DNA of 64,000 nt, taken from NCBI GenBank assembly GCA_963749495.1, contig CAVVMW010000015.1, positions 128,001-192,000 on the forward strand. The letters run 5' to 3'. This document shows, one piece after another, positions 9,124-17,300 of this stretch (positions within the stretch are counted from its first letter, which is position 1; every line of letters starts with the position of its first letter). The notes beneath the pieces are model-generated. The model did not search any database and was not told where the DNA came from. It was given only the letters and a program-made list of their open reading frames with translations. Origin of the DNA: an uncultured bacterium (GTDB taxonomy: Bacteria; Verrucomicrobiota; Verrucomicrobiia; Limisphaerales; UBA8199). The translations under genes and the position numbers were made by a program.

Positions 9124-10128
9124 TCAGAACCGGTCGTACAGGATGTCCCACGCAACCGGCGACCCTCGCGGGGTGGCTTGGCCCCCATGGTCCACACGCT
9201 CGGGGCCGACACTGTAAAGCAGCCAATTGGTGCCGCGGGGACGATACACGAGCGGGGTGCGGGTGAACGGATCTTGTGGCACCCGCGAGAGGTACTTCGG
9301 GACCAACTCATCCGTGCGCCCGGGCGCGCGCCCGCGTTCGAGGACGAAAAGCCGCAAGGCCAATTCACCCGCCAGGAGGCGTTCGTGGGCGACAACTATG
9401 TTGTGGCGGCTCTCGAGCGCCTTGAGCATTTGCCGGGTTGACCACCAGGCATTCACCCATTCTATTGGATTGAGGCAGTGCTTGAGTTGCTGGTAGGTGA
9501 ACGACTTCTCGTTTCGCGCCACCTCCGCCTGGCCGGCGCGGTTGGTATCCACTTTTTCCAATTCGGCCACAACGATGCGGCTGTCCTCGCGGCCAAGCTT
9601 CGGCACAACCCTGGCCAACCCCCGGCAACCAATGGTTTCGCAAGCAACGCCCACCAGGCTATCAATGGCAAGCCCGCCCCGGGGCATCTGGTTACCAAGG
9701 TGGATGGCATCGAGGTAGCTTCGCGCCGCGGCGCCAGGCTGGTTGTCCATCTCCCGCAGCCGCCCCTCGGCGGCCAGCACGTAAACCAAGTGCTTGATTC
9801 CCAACAACGAACCGTTCCGAGGGACGAGTGTGGGCAGGGTGGGAGTAGGCGCGCAACACTGTCGTCCCAAGCCAACACGGAGCAGTCGAAGCGGCTCCGC
9901 GTTCGTCGAGACCAGACTGAGCAAGCCCTCGTGGCCGAGAGTCGAGTAGTTGGCGGTGTCGCTGGTCACCAGGGCCGCGGCCTTGAGGAAATCGTCATAG
10001 CCGTTCGGATTCGGCAGCGGGGCGGGAGGGGGTGTCCCGACGTTGGACAGGAGGAGCGCGGCCAGCGCGCCCAGCGCGAGGATGACCGCCAACGCGAGCG
10101 GCAGCTTGGGGCCTTTTCGCAGTATCAC
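9124..10128 (-). CDS. Hypothetical membrane-anchored protein with T2SS GspG-like C-terminal motif
   Basis: N-terminal TM, PLPNPNGYDDFLKAA, C-terminal LVPKYLSRVPQDPFTRTPLVYR...LLYSVGP. Confidence 0.8.
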   Translation of the reverse strand: MILRKGPKLPLALAVILALGALAALLLSNVGTPPPAPLPNPNGYDDFLKAAALVTSDTANYSTLGHEGLLSLVSTNAEPLRLLRVGLGRQCCAPTPTLPTLVPRNGSLLGIKHLVYVLAAEGRLREMDNQPGAAARSYLDAIHLGNQMPRGGLAIDSLVGVACETIGCRGLARVVPKLGREDSRIVVAELEKVDTNRAGQAEVARNEKSFTYQQLKHCLNPIEWVNAWWSTRQMLKALESRHNIVVAHERLLAGELALRLFVLERGRAPGRTDELVPKYLSRVPQDPFTRTPLVYRPRGTNWLLYSVGPERVDHGGQATPRGSPVAWDILYDRF

Positions 10129-10233
10129 CGGCCGGCAGCGTACCCGAGCCGTGAGGTGGGGTCAAGCCCCGGCCCCAGGGTGGGGAAGCACAGACGGATG
10201 TTCCGGTGATTTCAACCGATAAGAAGGCCTTTT

Positions 10234-10979
10234 TCATGTGCCGTTTTGGGCGTCCCGCTGGACGGGGTCACTGATGGCGCGCAACGCCCTGTTCGCCGCG
10301 TGGCGCGCGGCCATGGAAAAGGTCCGCACGCGCTCGATGCTTGGAATCGCCGCTTTCGCGGTGGGTCCCATTTCCTCGATTGCCTCGAGGGCGCGGACCA
10401 GCTTGAGATCAACGTCGAGACTGCTTTGACCACTGGGCGCAGCAACGGAATCGAGCACGGCAATGAGGGTTGGCAGGCTCTCACCAAGCGGTATCAGAAT
10501 GTTGCTGATCGCTGTGAAATCGCAAGAGTAACCTTGCGGACGGAGGTGCCCCACTCATGTCCTCGAGCCGTGCAAAAGGCACGATAGGCTTCAGCCACGG
10601 CACTTACGATTCGGGACGCCTCCTCAGGCCTCTTATCGCTCATGGAGATCTCAATGGTATCCTGGCTAAAAACCCGCAGTTTAATTGCTTGCCGAAGCCG
10701 ATGAATCGCTTCATCAACACCCACCATGCTGCCGTCTGCGTTGGCCTCCAGGTTTAGTTGTTTGACCGCATTGCTGAGAATGAGCTGGGAGCCTATGACT
10801 TCGAATTCACAGGGAATGAACCAGGGATCAGAAAAGACACCAGGAGCCGGCTTGTGTTCAATCTCCACTCTCGCTGCGGCTCGGTAACGTTGTGGGCTTA
10901 GAAACCACCACATTCCAAAGACGCTGAGAACAAGGCCGAGCGTCAAAGCGCACATTCTTAGGGAAATCGTGGATTTCAT
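10234..10979 (-). CDS. Hypothetical protein: Wzz/GumC-like N-terminal part followed, in another frame, by a HEAT-like helical segment
   Basis: TM + YRAAARVEI...EFEVIGSQLILSNAVKQLNL...IEISMSDKRPEEASRIVSAVAEAY; overlapping ORF LEAIEEMGPTAKAAIP..AANRALRAI. Confidence 0.5.
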
Positions 10980-11079
10980 GGTGCGGTCGGTCAGGGTCAG
11001 TTGCTCCGATAATCCTCCCCCTCCGCCAGCATCCTGTTCACCACAGCGATGTAATCACGGATACGCTCGTCTGGATATT

Positions 11080-11136
11080 TCACTGATAGGAATTTGCTTT
11101 TTCGCCGCGCCGCCGGTTTTGACGCTACGCGGGTGA
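11080..11136 (-). mobile_element. IS91-family oriIS-like end, copy 2
   Basis: Plus TCACTGATAGGAATTTGCTTTTTCGCCGCGCCGCCGGTTTTGACGCTACGCGGGTGA; abuts a 3' gene stub (KYPDERIRDYIAVVNRMLAEGEDYRSN*). Confidence 0.7.
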
Positions 11137-11160
11137 GACGCGGGGGTGGTTCAAACGCTC

Positions 11161-12180
11161 TCATGGTTCCAGCCTCAAGGTCCTTTGAATCATCTGGCGG
11201 ACCTTGTTGGAGCTGCTGGGCGAAGTTGTCAAATGCCTGAGCAACACGCAGCGCTGGTGGGCATTGGTGAGAATGTAATCGCAAACGGCTTGGGTCATGA
11301 TTGGCGTCCCACCGAGCCTGGGATTGGGAACAGGATATTGTTCGCTAAAGGAAAGGCATAACCCATGGGCGCCGGAGTCCGAGACGAAAGGCTCCTGCCG
11401 CCAAGAGGATGGAATCGCCCGGGAGTTCTTCTCGAACTGCGACCGCAGTTCGGCGGCTGCAGCCTCCACACCCTCGAGTCCTTTGGGGAGAGGAGAGCCG
11501 TGCCGGCTGACAAATGTCCATCCCGCGGGACGTTGGAATGCAACGTCTTCATCGAGCAAGCACGCACGGAGGAAATTGCCGCTGAATACCCCGCCTCCGG
11601 CCACTTGCGACAGGTGACACGCCGGATAACCTAACCATTCGTAATATCGGATCCATCGGCCACCGGGCTCGATGGAAATGCCAGGATGATCGAAGAACAC
11701 TCTGCCCGCGGCACGAAACGACGCTACAGGAGCTGCTTTGCGGAATCCGAGCCGAGACGGTTCGTGAAACAAGGAGGACGGAAAGCTGTGCGCCAATCCA
11801 ACGACCGTGTTTGTCGCGCCAAATGACTGTTGCAGTATCTCGCCCAATCGGCGGGCACCTTGCACAGCGGCTGATTCCGCCTCGGCTGAATTAGCGCCAG
11901 CCGTTATTACCCTGATCAGGCCATTGGTCTCCTGGCTCGTCCCCTGCAGCGTAATCATGGTGGGGGTTTCGATCATCACGCCCAGCTTGGCCATGCCGGG
12001 GCAGGACTTGATCACTCTTCGGCGGAAGTCGGAGCGCAAGACCGCGGCATTGAACGGGCGCATCGTCACAAAGGACTCGCCAAGGTATCCCGGCTGCCTG
12101 AACGCTTGAAACAGGAACACAGTCACCAGAATGAGGAACAGACCTCCAGACGCCGAAAAACAGGTTAACCGCTTGCTCAT
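11161..12180 (-). CDS. Hypothetical protein with N-terminal TM segment
   Basis: 339-aa ORF with hydrophobic N-terminus; no family recognised. Confidence 0.6.
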   Translation of the reverse strand: MSKRLTCFSASGGLFLILVTVFLFQAFRQPGYLGESFVTMRPFNAAVLRSDFRRRVIKSCPGMAKLGVMIETPTMITLQGTSQETNGLIRVITAGANSAEAESAAVQGARRLGEILQQSFGATNTVVGLAHSFPSSLFHEPSRLGFRKAAPVASFRAAGRVFFDHPGISIEPGGRWIRYYEWLGYPACHLSQVAGGGVFSGNFLRACLLDEDVAFQRPAGWTFVSRHGSPLPKGLEGVEAAAAELRSQFEKNSRAIPSSWRQEPFVSDSGAHGLCLSFSEQYPVPNPRLGGTPIMTQAVCDYILTNAHQRCVLLRHLTTSPSSSNKVRQMIQRTLRLEP

Positions 12181-12491
12181 CGATCCAGAGAACAGCTCTC
12201 ATGCGCCCTCGGCTCGACCCCAAGTCCTTGTTGGGCCGAGGCAGAACCGGGTCTGGAAGTCTCCCAGCCCAGCTCTTGCGATGGAGATAACGACGCCCAC
12301 CCAGACCGGGGCGGCTTCTTGAGGAAGCGCAATTGGCTGGGCTTTAGGGCCATATCACTGGTTGGACAATCTCTGACCCTGCGCGTTCAACAACGGCGTC
12401 TTCGGTTGGAAGGGTCCACCTGGCAGCCATCGAGATCGATTTTTCTCTGTCGGATTTCGTCTCTGGCGGCTTCTATAGAGGTGAAAGGCGT

Positions 12492-12812
12492 ATGGCAGAA
12501 GACGACGGCCAGTTGTTGCAGGATTACGCGAGCAGCGGCTCGGAGCGGGCCTTCGGCGAGCTGGTCGCACGGCACATCAATATGGTCTATTCGGTGGCGC
12601 TGCGCCTGGTGCGGGGCGACATTCACCTGGCTCAGGACGTCGCGCAGACCGTCTTCATGGATTTGTCGCTCAAGGCAAAGTCGCTCGCCCGCGGCGTTGT
12701 GCTGGCGGGCTGGCTTTGCCGGCACACCTTCTTCGTAGCCTCTGCCAAAGTGCGGACCGAGCAGCGGCGCCGGCAGCGCGAACGCCAGGCGGTTCAAATG
12801 AACACCATCACT
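12492..12812 (+). pseudogene. ECF RNA polymerase sigma factor, truncated after region 2
   Basis: DDGQLLQDYASSGSERAFGELVARHINMVYSVALR...AQDVAQTVF...LAGWL...RRRQRERQA, broken exactly at repeat copy 3. Confidence 0.85.
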
Positions 12813-13131
12813 GATAGCAATTTGCTTTTTCGCCGCGCCGCCGGTTTTGACGCTACGCGGGTGAGGGAGAATTGGTTTCTGCCCGCATTCATCACGGGGG
12901 GATGATGCAGGAGCGGCACGCGCCCGTCAACCGGCACATTCTGCCGGTTCCTGGGCGGTTTTGGCGGCGGCGGGGTCGGAAGCGGCAGCCCGGGCAGGAA
13001 CCTGCGCAGAAATGGGCTTGGTTACCCCCCGGCCTGGGCGTCGAGGGGCCGTCGCCGGGCAAAGTTGTTCGGTCCCGAGGGCCTTAAGCCAGCGGCGCTC
13101 AATCTGTCAGCACGTTCTCGTAATCCGGGGT
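12808..13131 (-). mobile_element. IS91-family element right end: oriIS-like copy 3, outward promoter, possible transposase C-terminal stub
   Basis: 55-bp repeat at 12808-12864; minus-strand TTGACG-17-CATCAT reading toward the repeat; stub TPDYENVLTD* at 13131-13099 (transposase identity inferred). Confidence 0.6.
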
Positions 13132-13352
13132 TAACTCTCCACCTCTCCTCCACCGCCCCCAAAAAGATCGTTTCCTCCGTCTCTATTCTCCTTTTCCTCC
13201 CTTTCGCCCCTCTCCGCGCCCTCTCCCCATCCCCACCCGCACACCGGCCTCGGAAAACGCTCGATTTTGCCGAGCTGAAATTGACTTCCACACTGTCAAA
13301 CAAATATCCCGCGCCAAAGAAACCCCCCATTTTACCGAGGCTGTTGCGCCTT

Positions 13353-14160
13353 GCCGAGTGGAGGCGGGCTGTTGCCAGCCCGCCCCCCTCTAAGAACCTG
13401 TACGTGAAAGTTTCCCTTCATTCCGGCTCAAGCCCTCATAAGGTCAGCGCAATCGAATTGAACTTTTTGGCCGACCCACGGGCAAACGGGCGAGCAAACC
13501 TCGCACATCCGTAAACCCGCTTGGCGATACTGGCGTGCGGTCGTAATGCGCCGTGCTCCTTGGGGAGACGGCACCCAGAGCGCATCAACCGGCGAGCGCC
13601 GGTCGTCATTTGCAGTTCTGGTGGGTAACGATTCCTCATGCGTTCTTGCCATTTCAGACCAGACCGACGTGGGCATATCCAGCGCATTACCGCTGGCGTT
13701 GGCTTCTTCGGTCATCCCAATGCTGCGCCCCCTGACCCGCCTTGCGGTGAGGTCTGCCCGGTCGCGTAACCGGGCGGGGTTGGCAGCGTTTCCATGTTCT
13801 GCAACGTTCACAGGATGATTTAGGTCCGCCCTATACACCGGCAACGCGAGGTTCGCGTCGGGGTACGCAACAGCCCCCGAACCTGGTTGCTTGCCTTTTG
13901 GCCCAAGCCTTAACCAGCCTCTTTTGGCTTGACAACAATCACGATGCTTGCGGGCGTTCATTTGGTTTTGACCATGTCATCCGATTCTAGTGCTCCCCCG
14001 GATTGAGGCTCCCAGGTTTGCTCCATTGTCCGGAAGGCTTCAGACCCCGAGACGCAGCGCGTCTGGCGCCTGCTTCCGTAGAATACCTCTGGCGAAACAC
14101 AGGGCTTAATCATGAACTATTCATGTTTTTTGCAGTAAACGTTGCAACTTCACGTCGCGG
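13353..14160 (-). ncRNA. ORF-less group IIB (chloroplast-like) intron, ~810 nt
   Basis: 5' GCGACGTGAAGTTGC; DV GAGCCGGAATGAAGGGAAACTTTCACGTACAGGTTCTTAGAGGG; DVI GGCGGGCTGGCAACAGCCCGCC..ACTCGGC; too short for an RT ORF. Confidence 0.8.
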
Positions 14161-14284
14161 GTTGCGGGTCATGTTGCGGGTCTCGCATCAAAAATCCCCC
14201 GGTTCCATGCGCCTTGTAGCGCTGTAGCTGGTCCATACCCCTGTGCCGCAGACCACCCGGTCAGGAGAACAGCTTCGGCGGAAA

Positions 14285-14397
14285 ATGGGGTCAGCCCAAA
14301 AAAGGGATCGGTCAAAACTATTGACATAAGAGCTGGTTTGAGGCGCCGTTCCCACATGCCGCGGAGGCTGCGAGGCCAGTATCCTGACGCCATTTGT
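14285..14397 (+). pseudogene. RAYT (REP-associated tyrosine transposase) 5' remnant
   Basis: MPRRLRGQYPDAIC from 14356 matches the MPR.LR..YPGA.YHV N-terminus; preceded by a GGGGTCAG...TATTGACA leader. Confidence 0.6.
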
Positions 14398-14419
14398 CCC
14401 CTTTTCCCGTACGGGGGAA

Positions 14420-14680
14420 TGAGTCCCGCAGGGACCGCTGAAAAGACGGTTGATTTCAGCCGTCCCTGCGGGACTCCTGACCACTCGGTGCGGCAGAACC
14501 CAACGTGGGAACGTTGGGCTATTCTCAGAACGTCACTCCGGGACAGAACTCGGGCGCATTCGGCCGGTTTCCGAGGAAATCTAACACTGTCGAATTAGTG
14601 CCGTGTCCGCTAAGTCCTTTTAAGAACTTGAAACCGCGGAATACGCGGAATACGCGAAACCTGAAGGGGAAAACTCCCGC
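14420..14680. repeat. REP-like palindrome and 9-mer tandem repeats
   Basis: AGTCCCGCAGGGAC...GTCCCTGCGGGACT; (CGCGGAATA)n at 14635-14657 with an inverted partner downstream. Confidence 0.7.
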
Positions 14681-14836
14681 GTATTCCGCGGTTTATAATT
14701 CAAGGGACTTAATGGGCACCACACTAGTATATCGTCCTGGCCGTCGCGTACAAGCACACGGCGGCCTTCACCCCTGCCGCGAAAATCCTATCTCTCGCCC
14801 TCGACTCTTCGTTCCCTCCGTTTCCTTCTGTTCCTC

Positions 14837-15535
14837 TCATTCCGCCGGCCGGACGCCAACCTCGTCTAAATGGCGCAACAGGTCGGCGGGGTCTTGGTAA
14901 ACCCGGTAAGCGCCCGCCCGTTCCAGCTCGTCCTGGCCATAGCCGCCCGAGAGCAATCCGACGCCCAGCACCCTGGCCCTGCGGGCCGCCAGCAGGTCCC
15001 ACACGCTGTCTCCCACCACCACCGACGCGCTCAGGTCCGCGCCCAGCTTTTGGGCCGCCGCCAGGAACAGGTCCGGGTCGGGCTTGGCGTACCGCACCTG
15101 GTCGCGGGTGATGACGGTGGCTTGGTTCGGGTCAACCCCCAGAACCTTGAGGGCCGGGCCTGCCGTTTCCATTCGCCCGCTGGTGGCGATGGCCCACGGG
15201 ACTCGCATCCCGGTGAGGTAGGCGAGCAACTCCCGCGCGCCGGGCAGCGGTCGCACGTGCCCCACCACACGGACATAGGCCTCGGCATGCCAGCGCCGCA
15301 TGTCCGCCGCCTCCGCCTTTGTCAGCTTGGCGCCGGTCTCGCGCGAGAGGGCGTCCACAAACAGCCCGCCGCTCATCCCGATGCGCCGGTGGATGCGCCA
15401 GACGGCTAATTCGATGCCGCCCCGTTCCAGCGCCTCGCGCCAGGCCAGGACGTGCTGGTAAACGCTGTCCACCAGGGTCCCATCCAGATCGAAGAGGAGG
15501 GCCGGGGCATTTCTCCGGGATTTGCGAGCTTTCAT
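14837..15535 (-). CDS. HAD family hydrolase (subfamily IA)
   Basis: FDLDGTLVDS, ATSG, KPDPDLFL, VVGDSVWD motifs. Confidence 0.93.
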   Translation of the reverse strand: MKARKSRRNAPALLFDLDGTLVDSVYQHVLAWREALERGGIELAVWRIHRRIGMSGGLFVDALSRETGAKLTKAEAADMRRWHAEAYVRVVGHVRPLPGARELLAYLTGMRVPWAIATSGRMETAGPALKVLGVDPNQATVITRDQVRYAKPDPDLFLAAAQKLGADLSASVVVGDSVWDLLAARRARVLGVGLLSGGYGQDELERAGAYRVYQDPADLLRHLDEVGVRPAE

Positions 15536-15543
15536 CTGTGCTC

Positions 15544-16893
15544 TCAGCCCAGTTTGTCCCTGTTTTCGTAGAGCTTCTCGATGGCGTCGGCGATGTCGTC
15601 CATATCCTGGCGGGTGCCCAGGAGCATGTTCTGGGTAAACCACACGGCCTCGGAACAGAGGCGGTCGTTCTGGGGCAGAACGTTCTCGCGGCGGTATCGG
15701 TCGAGGCGTTCCTTGGAGAAGAGCCTCTGGTAGCCCTTGGAGTTGAGGGCCTCTTCGATGAGGCCGTCCTTGTTTGCCGGCCCGTAGCCGGCGCTGCAGG
15801 GGATGCCCTCGGCGCTGAGGGCGTCGAGGAATTTGTGGCGAGGGACCTGGTTGAAGGCCTGTTCATTGTAACGGAAGGGATAGAGGTGATAGACCGCCCG
15901 GGTGGCGCCCGGATTGGGCTTGTAAGAGATAATGCCGGGGATCTGCTGGAGCCTGGAGGTCAGGTATTGGGCGTTTTGTCCGCGCAATTGGGTGTCCCGT
16001 TCCAGGCGCTTCATCTGCGACATGAGGATGACGGCCTGGAATTCCTGCATGCGGCAGTTGGTGGAGCGGACGGGGTTGGGGCCCTGGGGCTGGAACAAGC
16101 CGTGGGCCCGTCCGCAGTTGTGGAAGGCGTGGCAGCGGTTAACCAGCTCCTCGTTGTTGCCAACAACGGCTCCGCCTTCGCCGGCGGGCAGGTGCTTGGA
16201 GTTTTGGAAGCTGAAGCAGCCCAGGTCGCCGAGCAGTCCGCATTTCTGCTGCTGGTATTCCGCCAGCCAGGCCTGGCAGGCGTCTTCCACCACCACCAGG
16301 TTGTGTTTGCGGGCGATGGACAGGATCGGCTCCATGTTGACCGGCAGACCCAGGATATGGACAGGCAGGATGGCCCGCGTCCGGTCCGTGATCCGCTCCT
16401 CGATCTTGGCCGGGTCGATCGTGAACGTCTCCACGTCCGTGTCGGCAAAGACCGGCAGGGCCTTGACCATGCAGATCACGCTGTAGCTGGCGACGAAGGT
16501 GTAGGGCGAGACAATCACTTCGTCGCCCGCGTCAACGCCCAGCACGTGCAGGGCGGTGATCAGGGCGGTAGTGCCGCTGGCCGTAGCCAGGCAGTTCTTG
16601 GCGCCGAGCAGTTCGGCGTAACGCCTCTCGAATTCCGTCACCCGCGTGCCCTGGCCGCGATACCAATTGCCGCTCCGCAGCACGGCCAGGATGTCCTCCT
16701 CTGCGCTCCGGTCCCAAACCGGCCATCCGGGCCAACCCTTGGTCCGCACCTTCTCGCCGCCCAAGCAGGCCGGCTTGCCCGCCTTCTTGCTCAGGAGGTC
16801 CGCGCCCGACAAGGGGCTCGATGCCATTGCCGCCGCCACCCCCGTGGAAGCGGTGGCCAGGAATTCGCGTCTGGTTACGTTCGATTTGTTCAT
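15544..16893 (-). CDS. DegT/DnrJ/EryC1/StrS aminotransferase with Tat signal
   Basis: TRREFL Tat motif; SGTTAL, VEDACQA, FSFQNSKHLPAGEGG (PLP lysine). Confidence 0.93.
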   Translation of the reverse strand: MNKSNVTRREFLATASTGVAAAMASSPLSGADLLSKKAGKPACLGGEKVRTKGWPGWPVWDRSAEEDILAVLRSGNWYRGQGTRVTEFERRYAELLGAKNCLATASGTTALITALHVLGVDAGDEVIVSPYTFVASYSVICMVKALPVFADTDVETFTIDPAKIEERITDRTRAILPVHILGLPVNMEPILSIARKHNLVVVEDACQAWLAEYQQQKCGLLGDLGCFSFQNSKHLPAGEGGAVVGNNEELVNRCHAFHNCGRAHGLFQPQGPNPVRSTNCRMQEFQAVILMSQMKRLERDTQLRGQNAQYLTSRLQQIPGIISYKPNPGATRAVYHLYPFRYNEQAFNQVPRHKFLDALSAEGIPCSAGYGPANKDGLIEEALNSKGYQRLFSKERLDRYRRENVLPQNDRLCSEAVWFTQNMLLGTRQDMDDIADAIEKLYENRDKLG

Positions 16894-17074
16894 AGTAGAT
16901 CCTCGTGGTTGAGCCCCTCCGGGGCCGAGCAAAAGCTCGAGGCTGGCGGCGACGCTGGACAGGAGGCCGTGAACCGAGAATGCTTTCTCACCCAGGCTCA
17001 TGCCCGTCAGTCTATGCCTGCGGAGAGCCGTGTCAATGACCGAAGCGCGCGAAGGCAGAACCATTGGTTGCCGG

Positions 17075-17200
17075 GGAGAGGCAAAATCATTATGGGCAGA
17101 ATCATGGGCAGAGGATGCGAAATGACGAATGACGAATGACGAATGACGAATGACCCAATCGCGGCGGTGCCTCCTCGTCATTCGTCATTTGTCACTCGTC
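17075..17200. repeat. Heptamer (ATGACGA)n inverted-arm element, copy 1
   Basis: GGAGAGGCAAAATCATTA flank, (ATGACGA)4, spacer, (TCGTCAT)n. Confidence 0.85.
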
Positions 17201-17300
17201 CCTCAGCCTCGGTTGCGCTTGCTCTCCGGGCGGGGATCATCCAGGGTGAGCCCGCGAGCATGAAACGAATGGCAGCGGAGCGGACGGAGGAGGCAGGGCG

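Noticed and set aside
8689..12864. 55-bp repeats as a CRISPR array or integron attC sites
   Set aside because: Spacing is 1.7-2.4 kb, there are no RYYYAAC/GTTRRRY boxes, no cas or intI, and the repeats cut genes rather than follow intact cassettes
13428..13961. 177-aa minus-strand ORF
   Set aside because: Lies entirely within the intron RNA and has no RT motifs
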